A model generated the notes under the pieces. The model was not told the DNA's origin, did no database searches, and saw only the letters and a program-made list of their open reading frames with translations. Positions 8,740 through 16,688 of a stretch of 32,000 nucleotides of DNA are shown piece after piece; the stretch's first letter is position 1, and the number at the start of each line of letters is the position of its first letter. The DNA comes from Okeania sp. (GTDB lineage Bacteria > Cyanobacteriota > Cyanobacteriia > Cyanobacteriales > Microcoleaceae): the NCBI RefSeq assembly GCF_035285525.1, contig NZ_JAYKGW010000039.1:30001-62000 (forward strand), in the 5' to 3' direction. The translations under genes and the position numbers were made by a program.

Positions 8740-8870
8740 GCCTTTTGTAACTATCATATAAGTGTAAAATTGTCAAGATGCAAAATTTTAACCGAATTTT
8801 TCCTGTAAAGTAGCTTTGTGTAGTAAAATTAATATAATTAACCAGTACCATCGTATAACAAACAAATATT

Positions 8871-9236
8871 ATGACCTTAACCACAGAAAACAAGAAATTA
8901 TCTAGTGACAAATCTTTAGAGGCGATGAAAAAGTTCGCTGAAAAGTATGCTAAGAATACAGATACTTATTTTTGTGTAGACCCATCAGTTACTGCTGTGG
9001 TAATTGAAGGTTTAGCCAAACATAAAGATGAATTGGGCGCTCCTCTATGTCCATGTCGTCATTATGAAGATAAAGAAGCAGAAGTAAAAGCTACTTATTG
9101 GAATTGTCCTTGTGTACCAATGAGGGAACGTAAAGAATGTCATTGTATGTTGTTTTTAACTCCAGATAATGATTTTGCTGGCGAAAAACAAGAAATTACT
9201 CAAGAAGAATTAGAGTCAACTAGACAAAATATGTAG
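8871..9236 (+). CDS. ftrC: ferredoxin-thioredoxin reductase catalytic subunit
   Basis: The motif CPCRHYEDKEAEVKATYWNCPCVPMRERKECHCMLFLTPDNDFAG contains the FTR catalytic Cys cluster, and the length is typical (121 aa). Confidence 0.9.
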   Translation: MTLTTENKKLSSDKSLEAMKKFAEKYAKNTDTYFCVDPSVTAVVIEGLAKHKDELGAPLCPCRHYEDKEAEVKATYWNCPCVPMRERKECHCMLFLTPDNDFAGEKQEITQEELESTRQNM

Positions 9237-9254
9237 CCATTTTGTAGCCATTTT

Positions 9255-9289
9255 GTAGGGTGCGTTACGCTTCGCGCTCCACACCCTAC
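9255..9289. repeat. GTAGGGTG...CACCCTAC short palindromic dispersed repeat
   Basis: GTAGGGTGCGTTACGCTTCGCGCTCCACACCCTAC. It shares termini with the 119-bp element at 29542-29660 and with the half-site at about 25418-25447. Confidence 0.7.
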
Positions 9290-9312
9290 TGAACTGATAA
9301 TTAATAACTGAA

Positions 9313-9711
9313 ATGATTTCTGAACAAGAAAAAATTCCCCAAGAATTTTGGCAGGGAATAGCAGAATTTAACGAACAACAATTCTATAAATGCCATGATA
9401 CTTTAGAAGCTTTATGGTTGGAAGCTGGAGAACCTGAAAGGACTTTTTATCAAGGGATTTTACAAATAGCAGTAGGACTTTATCATGCTGGAAATGAAAA
9501 TTGGCGTGGTGCGGTTATGTTGTTGGGAGAAGGTATTAGGAAATTGGGTTATTATCAGCCTAATTATTGGGGAATTAATGTTGATAAATTATTGACAGAA
9601 AGTAGTGAATTATTGAAACATTTGCAAATATCTGGACCTGATAAAATTGCTGATTTTGTGCGTGATGCTTCAAATAATAAATATCCGAAAATATTAACAA
9701 TAAAAGATTAA
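9313..9711 (+). CDS. DUF309 domain protein
   Basis: FNEQQFYKCHDTLEALWLEA ... FYQGILQIAVGLYHAGNENWRGA matches the DUF309 pattern (F/Y-x-x-H-E/D-x-L-E-x-x-W ... GL-x-Q). Confidence 0.8.
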   Translation: MISEQEKIPQEFWQGIAEFNEQQFYKCHDTLEALWLEAGEPERTFYQGILQIAVGLYHAGNENWRGAVMLLGEGIRKLGYYQPNYWGINVDKLLTESSELLKHLQISGPDKIADFVRDASNNKYPKILTIKD

Positions 9712-9984
9712 TTATCTAGTCAATTAATTGTTTGGTTAACAAGACTTAATCCGGCAAAATATGCTGAATTTGACTTTAATTAAATCAAGCGATCGCTTTC
9801 TTATATGGAAAAGTAGGGTTTTCACTAAAAATTGATCGAATAATTAGATCAAAAAAAAAGTATAACAACAGACTTAGGAAAACAGTTTATTCAGTTTATA
9901 AAAAATCCACTTGACTTAAGAACAAAATAATAAATATCTGTTCCTAGCAAAATTTCCTCTTTTATTTTTATTTTTAATAACTTC

Positions 9985-10030
9985 AAAGGTTGGGTTAGCT
10001 CATAAATCAACTTAAATAAACCCAACCTTT
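9985..10030. repeat. 12-bp-stem hairpin AAAGGTTGGGTT / AACCCAACCTTT with a 22-nt loop, 8 nt past the stop of the 10038-10358 gene
   Basis: Both arms were read directly from the sequence. No U-tract follows on either strand, so I call it a GTTGGGTT-family repeat hairpin and not a proven terminator. Confidence 0.6.
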
Positions 10031-10037
10031 CACAAAA

Positions 10038-10358
10038 TTAATTATTTCTCTCATTCTCGATTCGATCAATTTTAGCTATTAATAAACTCCAGTTAGTAGC
10101 AATAATTCTTTGATTAGTAACATGATCGTAAGCTTCCCATTCTTGAGAAAGTTCTGTATCTTGCCAAATAAACCAGTTGCGATAAATTTCTCCACTGTCA
10201 ATATCACCACATAGAGATAACCAATCATCTCCTGTAAAATATTCTATTTCTTGCATCACTAAATTAAGTTCAGCTATACTTAAAAATGTTTCTAAGTCAT
10301 TATTATTTATCTGAGAATTTTGAGGGATTTTGCTTTCGTTTATTAATGTGTATTTCAT
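10038..10358 (-). CDS. hypothetical acidic, Trp-rich 106-aa protein
   Basis: ATG-initiated ORF co-directional with the upstream DUF3747 gene. I recognise no family. Confidence 0.45.
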   Translation of the reverse strand: MKYTLINESKIPQNSQINNNDLETFLSIAELNLVMQEIEYFTGDDWLSLCGDIDSGEIYRNWFIWQDTELSQEWEAYDHVTNQRIIATNWSLLIAKIDRIENERNN

Positions 10359-10388
10359 AGTTTTTATCCAATTTTATTTATCAGTAAC

Positions 10389-10474
10389 ACAACCTTCCAG
10401 GTTGTTACAGCCTACAAGGCTGAAATGCAAATAGTTATGAACAACCTTCCAGGTTGTTACAGCCTACAAGGCTG
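10389..10474 (-). repeat. 34-bp double-hairpin unit x2 (period 52)
   Basis: ACAACCTTCCAGGTTGTTACAGCCTACAAGGCTG occurs at 10389-10422 and 10441-10474. Each unit folds as ACAACCT/AGGTTGT plus CAGCC/GGCTG. Copy 2 supplies the last codons and the stop of the DUF3747 ORF. Confidence 0.85.
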
Positions 10475-11098
10475 TGTTACAATTTGAGCTTCAATATCAC
10501 CTATTTTTTCCTCTAAAGTATCTTTTTGAGCACCAAAGCTATCATAACTAAAATAAAAATGACCAAGAACTCTTCCCTGATAACTACGTTTTGTAAATTT
10601 CCAACCTGGTTCCAGAAAAATTTTCATTGCTCCATTACTTATTCCCCCAGTTCCACCTATTAAAATTCTATCTCCTTTTAAAGAAGTTCCCCATAATTTA
10701 ATTTCACCATCAATATTTTGTAAAGTTAATCTATAGTCCACTGATAAATCATAATCATCTACCCTTATTGAATAACCATTACTATCAGTAGCTCGTCCAC
10801 AAATACCAGTAAAATTAAAGTCTAATAGTAAAGGTTCCACCAAAATTGGATATAATTCACTTTCACTTTCACTCCAACAAAGTCTTTCATTAGAACGCTG
10901 CTCTAAAACTATCAGTTTATAACGAGGAACTTCATCTTCGTTTAAATTACTTAGAGGTATTGCGATAGCAATAACTTGGTTTTGATTAATTTCTACTTCA
11001 TCAAAGGTGTAATTTGCTTGAGCAGGAGTGACAGAATTAATACTTAAAAATATAGTTGTTAAAAGAGTAGAAACGGAATTACGAATAAAATTTTTCAT
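10457..11098 (-). CDS. secreted DUF3747 domain protein
   Basis: It has a signal-peptide-like N-terminus (MKNFIRNSVSTLLTTIFLSINSVTPAQA). It also has CWSE, FNFTGICGRATDSNGYSIR and GWKFTKRSYQGRVLGHFY, which match my memory of cyanobacterial DUF3747 proteins. Confidence 0.75.
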   Translation of the reverse strand: MKNFIRNSVSTLLTTIFLSINSVTPAQANYTFDEVEINQNQVIAIAIPLSNLNEDEVPRYKLIVLEQRSNERLCWSESESELYPILVEPLLLDFNFTGICGRATDSNGYSIRVDDYDLSVDYRLTLQNIDGEIKLWGTSLKGDRILIGGTGGISNGAMKIFLEPGWKFTKRSYQGRVLGHFYFSYDSFGAQKDTLEEKIGDIEAQIVTQPCRL

Positions 11099-11330
11099 TT
11101 TTAGTTAGCTCTGATTTTTGATTTTGTACTCTTAAAGCTTAAATAAAATCATAAGTTCCTGTGGAGAATATTAGGAACTTAATTGAAAAGAACTGCAAAA
11201 AATATCGAAAAGTTAGAATTGCCTAGATAGTTAGGTTTAAAGACTCCAGCAGTCAAAATATTATTAATTAGTTAACTTCCTTAAATTAGAAAAAATTTCT
11301 TATCTTCGTTAATATAGTATAGCTGTAAAA

Positions 11331-11588
11331 AATGATTTGTGAGAAAAAACTTTAGGGGTTTGGTCTTCAAACTCCTTTGCACTTGGCTTGGGTCTGCCAA
11401 CCCCTGCAATAAAATCTTATAGTGTAATAGGGGTAGGTTGGTTGGTTGGTTGGGTTTCACTTCGTTTAACCCAACCCAACCTGACTACACTACTGTAGGG
11501 GTTTGGTCTCCAAACTCCTTTGCACTTAGGGAAAGGAAACCCAACCTGACTACACTACTGTTGGGTTTCGTTCCTCAACCCAACCTAC
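11331..11588. repeat. Nested cluster of dispersed repeats (GTAGGGGTTTGG family x2, ACCCAACCTGACTACACTACTGT x2, GTTGGGTTTCGTTCCTCAACCCAACCTAC)
   Basis: AATGATTTGTGAGAAAAAACTTTAGGGGTTTGGTC lies at 11331. GTAGGGGTTTGGTCTCCAAACTCCTTTGCACTT lies at 11495-11527. The 29-nt hairpin repeat lies at 11560-11588. Track ORF 11438-11650 is an artefact of these repeats. Confidence 0.8.
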
Positions 11589-11833
11589 GTCTCACGAGGG
11601 AGCAAGATACTTCCACTGCTATATCCTGTGAGATCAAATTCGGCGGTTAACTCCTACAAATGTTGTATGGTTTAATCTTTTGCCTAAGTTCTGTTAAAAT
11701 AAAAACTACAACAATCGTAAATAGGTTGTAATATTTTACCATAGGAATTTGGAAGCTAAATCCCTTATGGGTTTTGGTTTGGAGACCAAACCAAAACAGC
11801 TTTTTCTGTTGTAAAAGTTAAAGTAGAGAATTT

Positions 11834-11938
11834 CTACTCCCTACTCCCTCTCTTGGTCGATTCGATATGGCGAGGAAACCCGCTCTTGCAGAGCCGCTCC
11901 GAAGTACGCCATTCCTCGACCGCTACTCCCTACTCCCT
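11834..11938 (+). repeat. Two copies of CTACTCCCTACTCCCT flanking a 73-bp GC-rich structured insert, in the leader of the TIR gene
   Basis: The 16-mer occurs at 11834-11849 and 11923-11938. The insert at 11850-11922 has paired arms GGTCGA/TCGACC and ATGGCG/CGCCAT and an inner hairpin GCTCTTGCAGAGC. Confidence 0.75.
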
Positions 11939-11945
11939 ATTAAAA

Positions 11946-13829
11946 ATGGAAAAAAAATCAAAACGCGATCGCGGACGAATTCTGACAACTTCTGGACTAA
12001 AAAAGTTAAATGAAGCTATTGATGAATGGAAACAGCAATATAACCTCAGAGGTACTCTAGTAGAAATTGAAGCAGAGTCTGGGGTGGGTTCGGACACTAT
12101 CAGTAAAATTCGACAGGGTAGAGTCGGTGCAGACTTAAGCAAAATTCAACAACTTTTTGCTGCTTTTAGTCTCACATTGGATGAAACCGATCACCGTTCT
12201 GGAAAACAAGGTTCATCTTCAACAGAGTCGGAAACTCTGGGGGAACTGTTACCAATACTAAATAATGAACAAATAGTCAGTCAAAATAGTTCTCAAGTTT
12301 TCATTAGTTATCGCAGTCAAGACCCAGACCAAGAATTAGCGCGACAGTTTGAAACTGCTCTGACTGCTGCTGGTCATCAGGTGTTTATGGCAGCAGATCA
12401 TATTCGTCTAGGAGAAAATTGGTTTCAGCGAATAAATGAAGAGTTGAAACGATGTGATTATTTACTGTTGTTTTTGCCTCCTCAGTCTGCGCAAAGTGAG
12501 TTGCTGACTTATCAAGTACAACTGGCGAAGGAGTTACAATTTTCTCGACCAGACCGTAAACCTATAATTTTGCCGATACGGGTAGGTTTTTCTCTGAGTA
12601 CACCTCTTAACCATGACTTGCGCGGTTATCTCTATCGTATTCAACAACGGGAGTGGCGATCGCCTGAAGATAGTGTAGTTATTTTGAAGGAAGTTTTGAC
12701 TTTGTTAGCTACTTCACCAGAAAATTTAGCGCCGGAAATAGAGGAGGAAAAAGATGTTCAAAACCCTGAAGAAATTAGTAGCATTGTATCAGGAAGTCGC
12801 CCTCCTTTACCTGCTGCGGAACCAGAAATACCGGGCGGACAAATTGATGTGGCATCGACTTTTTATATGGAACGCCCACCTATTGAGGAACGTTGTTATC
12901 AAACTATATTACAACCGAGTGGTTTAATTAGAATTAAAGCGCCAAGACAGATGGGTAAAACTTCTTTAATGGCAAGAATTTTACATCATGCTGGAGAGGC
13001 AGGATATCGGACTGTACCTTTGAGTTTTCAGTTAGTAGATAAGGAGGTTTTTAGTAATCTTGAACAGTTCTTAAAATGGTTTTGTGCGTATGTGGGAAGA
13101 GAGCTAAGTTTACCAAATCAATTAGATGATTATTGGGATGATATTTTTGGCAGTAAAGTTAATTGTAAGGATTATTTTGAGAAGTATTTATTAGCTCAAA
13201 TAGATACTCCTTTAGTATTAGGTATTGATGAAATTGACCGGGTTTTTCAATATCCTGATATTGCTGAAGATTTTTTAGGATTATTAAGAGCTTGGCATGA
13301 GGAATCCAAGCGACGTGCGATTTGGAAAAAGTTAAGGTTATTGATGGTACATTCGACAGAAGTTTATATTCCCATGAATATTAATCAATCTCCTTTTAAT
13401 GTGGGATTACCGATAGATTTACCAGAATTTAATCAACAGCAAATTCAGGATTTAGCATCGCGACATAATTTGAATTGGTCCGCATCAGAAGTTGAGAAGT
13501 TAATGGCAATTGTTGGGGGGCATCCTTATTTAGTTAGGGTGGCATTATATCATATTTCTAAACAGGATTTAACCTTAGAAGATTTACCAGAAAATGTAAC
13601 TACTGAAACCGGAATTTATAGCGACCATTTACGACGACATTTATGGAATTTAGAAGAACATCCAGAGTTAGTTGAAGCGATGAAAAATGTAATTTCAGAA
13701 AGTTCGAGTCGGCAGTTAACCGGGATGTTAGGTTTTAAATTAGATAGTTTAGGTTTAGTCAAATGGGATAATAATAAATGTTATCCGAGATGTGAATTAT
13801 ATCGTCAATATTTTCAAGCTCATTTGTAG
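11946..13829 (+). CDS. HTH - TIR - AAA_35 (STAND-like P-loop NTPase) protein
   Basis: First ATG at 11946 (MEKKSKRDRGRIL). The N-terminus has an XRE-like HTH (GTLVEIEAESGVGSDTISKIRQGRVG). The TIR domain reads SQVFISYRSQDPDQELARQFETALTAAGHQVFMAADHIRLGENWFQRINEELKRCDYLLLFLPPQSAQSELL. The AAA_35-type NTPase reads FYMERPPIEERCYQTILQPSGLIRIKAPRQMGKTSL (Walker A) and TPLVLGIDEIDRV (Walker B). Confidence 0.8.
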   Translation: MEKKSKRDRGRILTTSGLKKLNEAIDEWKQQYNLRGTLVEIEAESGVGSDTISKIRQGRVGADLSKIQQLFAAFSLTLDETDHRSGKQGSSSTESETLGELLPILNNEQIVSQNSSQVFISYRSQDPDQELARQFETALTAAGHQVFMAADHIRLGENWFQRINEELKRCDYLLLFLPPQSAQSELLTYQVQLAKELQFSRPDRKPIILPIRVGFSLSTPLNHDLRGYLYRIQQREWRSPEDSVVILKEVLTLLATSPENLAPEIEEEKDVQNPEEISSIVSGSRPPLPAAEPEIPGGQIDVASTFYMERPPIEERCYQTILQPSGLIRIKAPRQMGKTSLMARILHHAGEAGYRTVPLSFQLVDKEVFSNLEQFLKWFCAYVGRELSLPNQLDDYWDDIFGSKVNCKDYFEKYLLAQIDTPLVLGIDEIDRVFQYPDIAEDFLGLLRAWHEESKRRAIWKKLRLLMVHSTEVYIPMNINQSPFNVGLPIDLPEFNQQQIQDLASRHNLNWSASEVEKLMAIVGGHPYLVRVALYHISKQDLTLEDLPENVTTETGIYSDHLRRHLWNLEEHPELVEAMKNVISESSSRQLTGMLGFKLDSLGLVKWDNNKCYPRCELYRQYFQAHL

Positions 13830-13832
13830 TTG

Positions 13833-14051
13833 CTAGGGGCGGGTTTTTTCCAGAATCTTGATACATAACATTAATTTACCTAAACCCAGTTATCAGTTCG
13901 TAGGGGCGGGTTTCACCAAGAATCTTGTTATAACTGATTGACTTTTCTAAACCCGCCCCGTCCAGTGGGTCTGGGGGCGGGTTTATTTAATTTAATATTC
14001 ATATCTATAAATATGTCTTGTGATTTTTCGGGAACTGTAACCCGCCCCTAC
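13833..14051. repeat. Three consecutive GGGGCGGGTTT / AAACCCGCCCC hairpin repeats
   Basis: CTAGGGGCGGGTTTTTT starts at 13833. GTAGGGGCGGGTTT at 13900 pairs with AAACCCGCCCCG at 13949. GGGGGCGGGTTT at 13974 pairs with AACCCGCCCCTAC at 14039. A related pair lies near 30243-30312. Confidence 0.8.
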
Positions 14052-14274
14052 ATTGGTGGCAAAATTGAATGTGGGATGGTGATGTTAAGTTTTCTGTTCA
14101 TAGCTGGCAAAAAAATGGTTGAATTATAACACTATGATTATAGATTAATGTAGATTTTTTAGCACATATTTAGAATAGTGTCAATTGGGAGCGATCGCCA
14201 AGCTAACAAAAAAAATAATCCCTATATCCGTGGCATAATCTGTGTCGAGCTACTAGGGAGCGATCGCTAATAAT

Positions 14275-15158
14275 ATGTTAAAATCTGAAGGGGATAATTT
14301 TGGAACTGATAAATTTAAAATGCACTTTTTTCCCTCGGCAAGTTCCGGCTTGAAATACAAAGTTTTAAGTTTACCTCCTAACTTTCCTCTAGACAATAAT
14401 AATTCTGAACAGGGAGTTTGTACAATGGCTTATGCTATTCGGGGAGCATTTACGGATTCTCAACATTCTTGATCTTTAGGAATCTTACCTTTTGCTGACC
14501 CGAATCAACCAAGAACGGCAAATATTATTAGACGACCAGAACATGAAATTTGGAAATTACAAGATAGTGAAAAATTGTCTGAATTTTTTGAGAAAGCTTT
14601 TCTACAAATACCAATAAACGAAATAGTTTCATCAGAAGAGAAAGAGCGTTTTGCTAAAAGTGAAGGTGGATATTTTCCTATTCCTCAATATTGTTCAGGG
14701 TTACATTTTTTATTATCAAATACAGATAATTCTGCTGGAATAGTTTTATTAGGAGATGCGGTACATTGTTTTCCTCCCGACCTTGGGCAAGGTGTAAATT
14801 CTGCTTTGGAAGATGTGTTTATATTCGAGCGATCGCTTACTGAAACTAATTATATTATCTCTGAAAGTTTGCCATTATTTGAGTCTTTGCGTTCTCCAGA
14901 GATCAAGCCATACGTTTGAGTCAAGCTGCTTTTCCTTGGCAATATAATCAAGATATTCTGGGTAAACGACTGTGGAGTATTAACTTTTTTGTTGGGTTAT
15001 TGTTGAATAAAATATTGCCTTTTATTTTTGCTCCTCCTGCTTTGATAATGATTCAAAACCATAAACTTAGTTATGGTGAAATATGGTCTATGGCTGAAAG
15101 AACAACTATCTATATATATGTCTTGGGAATAGTTTTAATTTTCGGAAGTTTAGCTTGA
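14275..15158 (+). pseudogene. FAD-dependent monooxygenase (kynurenine-3-monooxygenase-like) remnant: 5' truncation, in-frame TGA, frameshift
   Basis: GIVLLGDAVHCFPPDLGQGVNSALEDV is the C-terminal FAD-binding motif of this family. ORFs 14275-14472 and 14575-14919 share one frame and are separated by a TGA at 14470-14472. The reading frame then shifts by one between 14883 and 14916 into ORF 14916-15158. There is no room upstream for the N-terminal GxGxxG Rossmann part. Confidence 0.7.
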
Positions 15159-15519
15159 TCGTTTGATAATTTTTAGTGGTACTAAAATTAATAAGTCAGT
15201 TAAAAGGTATGATTATTAAAATCAAATAATTTCTGTTCCCTCCCCCTCCCAATGACAATATTGAGCTGTCATTGCGAGGCAGTGATAGAAATAGTTAATC
15301 TTTAGGAGTAATCATTAACTTAGCCCTAGGCAAAGCTTTCCCTAAAGGTAGCAATCTCTTAACATATCCAATATATCGAAGAGATTGCTTCGGGGGGTGT
15401 TGGGTGATTCAAATCAAAATAATTTCTGTTCCCTTTCCCCTCGCCATGACTATTTTGATTATATACGAAATCAGCACGGATTTATGAAAAATTATTGCGC
15501 AATAGTTTGAGACTACTAC

Positions 15520-15543
15520 CTGATAACTGATAACTGATAACTG
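15520..15543. repeat. STRR heptamer array CTGATAA x3.4
   Basis: CTGATAACTGATAACTGATAACTG ends 2 nt before the stop codon of the aldo/keto reductase gene. Confidence 0.9.
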
Positions 15544-15545
15544 TT

Positions 15546-16523
15546 TTACGTCCAACCTCTGAAAAAGGTATTTTCCTGCCAAACACTTGCTGTTTTCTGT
15601 TCGATCACTCCCATGTCCTGCTGACTCAACTGCTGAAACTCCTGCGCTACCCTCACATTCGACTGCAACATCTCTACCGACTCCGTCGCAATAATACAAC
15701 AATGTACCCCAGGTAAAGACAAAACATATCCCATCGCCTCCTGCATATTCAAAATTCCTGGTTTGAGCAACCTACCGTAAGCAGGTATTTTCATCCCAAT
15801 AACACCGACATTTTTTTGTTGCGCTACTGGCAAAACTGTGGAAGCAAAAGGTCGTGGATGATGTTGATCGGCAGCATTAAGAGAAACCAAAGCTGTATCA
15901 AACGGATAACGACGCAACCCCTCAGCAATAACATCGGGTTCGTGATGACCTGTGATTCCGGCAAACTTGACTATTCCTTGTTCCTTTGCCTCCTCCATCG
16001 CTTTTATAGCACCTTGGGAACCGAAAATTTCATCTAAAGTTTCCATAAACGAAACATGATGTAACTGCCACGAGTCAAGATAGTCGGTATTTAACCGTTT
16101 TAGCGATCGCTCCAACTCTTGCCATGCTCCATCCCGATCTCGTCTTGCTGTTTTACTTACCAAAAATACATTTTTTCTGTAAGCAGGCAAAACTTTTCCC
16201 AGATGTGATTCACTTGCTCCGTAACTAGCAGCAGTATCAAAATATTTAATTCCTAAAGATAGAGCAGTTTCAATAATAGCGATCGCTTCTTTTTCTTGTC
16301 GGCTTTTATCTACAGGTGTTTTTCCTGCTCCCCCCAAACCTAAAAGTGGTACTTTTATGCCTGTTTTGCCTAATATTTGTTCTGGCATTTTGGATGTAGT
16401 TGGGATTTCTACTGATGCTACTTTTGTTTGAGTTTGGTTATTGATGGCTGCACCACCGATGATGCCACCTGTAACTGCCAGAGTGGTTAGTATTAAGTTA
16501 CGTCGAGTTGTTTTTTTGTACAT
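15546..16523 (-). CDS. aldo/keto reductase with a twin-arginine signal peptide
   Basis: The Tat-type N-terminus reads MYKKTTRRNLILTTLAVTGGIIGGAA. AKR pattern: LGLGGAG, IKYFDTAASYG, SKT, GITGH. Confidence 0.85.
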   Translation of the reverse strand: MYKKTTRRNLILTTLAVTGGIIGGAAINNQTQTKVASVEIPTTSKMPEQILGKTGIKVPLLGLGGAGKTPVDKSRQEKEAIAIIETALSLGIKYFDTAASYGASESHLGKVLPAYRKNVFLVSKTARRDRDGAWQELERSLKRLNTDYLDSWQLHHVSFMETLDEIFGSQGAIKAMEEAKEQGIVKFAGITGHHEPDVIAEGLRRYPFDTALVSLNAADQHHPRPFASTVLPVAQQKNVGVIGMKIPAYGRLLKPGILNMQEAMGYVLSLPGVHCCIIATESVEMLQSNVRVAQEFQQLSQQDMGVIEQKTASVWQENTFFRGWT

Positions 16524-16688
16524 AGTTATTTATAGTTTTTTTGACATTATAACAATTATAAAAAATTATGTTTTTTGTGACAGCATATTTCATCTTATGT
16601 AAGGTAAAGTTGTGACAGGCAAGATGTCTATGTTGCAGGTTTTATTATTAATATTTTTATTTCATATAGTTGGAATTTACTGTATATT

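Noticed and set aside
8337-8911. Track ORFs 8337-8546 and 8621-8911 (minus strand).
   Set aside because: The first is antisense to the well-supported DUF58 gene. The second reads through the compound palindrome and the ftrC promoter region and overlaps the ftrC start.
9985-10030. Intrinsic (rho-independent) terminator for the 10038-10358 gene.
   Set aside because: The stem is strong (12 bp), but the loop is 22 nt and no U-tract follows on either strand. The arms belong to the GTTGGGTT/AACCCAAC repeat family.
10389-10474. Possible mini CRISPR array (two identical 34-bp repeats).
   Set aside because: There are only two copies, the spacer is 18 bp (far too short), copy 2 overlaps a coding 3' end, and the window has no cas genes. 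It is better explained as a duplicated hairpin repeat.
11438-11650. Track ORF of 70 aa (plus strand).
   Set aside because: It is composed entirely of dispersed repeat elements (GTTGGGTT hairpins and the GTAGGGGTTTGG element). There is no ribosome-binding context.
11930-12142. Track ORF 11930-12142 (70 aa, minus strand).
   Set aside because: It is antisense to the 5' end of the well-supported HTH-TIR-AAA_35 gene and has no independent support.
5573-13829. Thoeris-like pairing of a SLOG-domain protein (5573-7342) with a TIR protein (11946-13829).
   Set aside because: They are separated by about 4.6 kb containing DUF58, ftrC, DUF309 and two opposite-strand genes. The SLOG protein lacks a SIR2 or TM effector and is paired with the helicase-PRTase gene. 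The TIR protein carries its own NTPase module.
13938-14129. Track ORF of 63 aa (plus strand).
   Set aside because: It is built from the GGGGCGGGTTT hairpin repeats and has no independent support.
14470-14472. In-frame TGA codons here and at 26210-26212 as programmed recoding (selenocysteine or readthrough).
   Set aside because: I could recognise no SECIS-like hairpin immediately downstream. The 14470 gene also carries a truncation and a frameshift. Neighbouring genes show ordinary decay (frameshift, TAA stops). Simple nonsense mutations are more parsimonious.
15409-16037. Track ORFs 15409-15702 (minus strand) and 15816-16037 (plus strand).
   Set aside because: Both overlap the aldo/keto reductase gene in other frames or strands. 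The first also runs through STRR and dispersed repeats.
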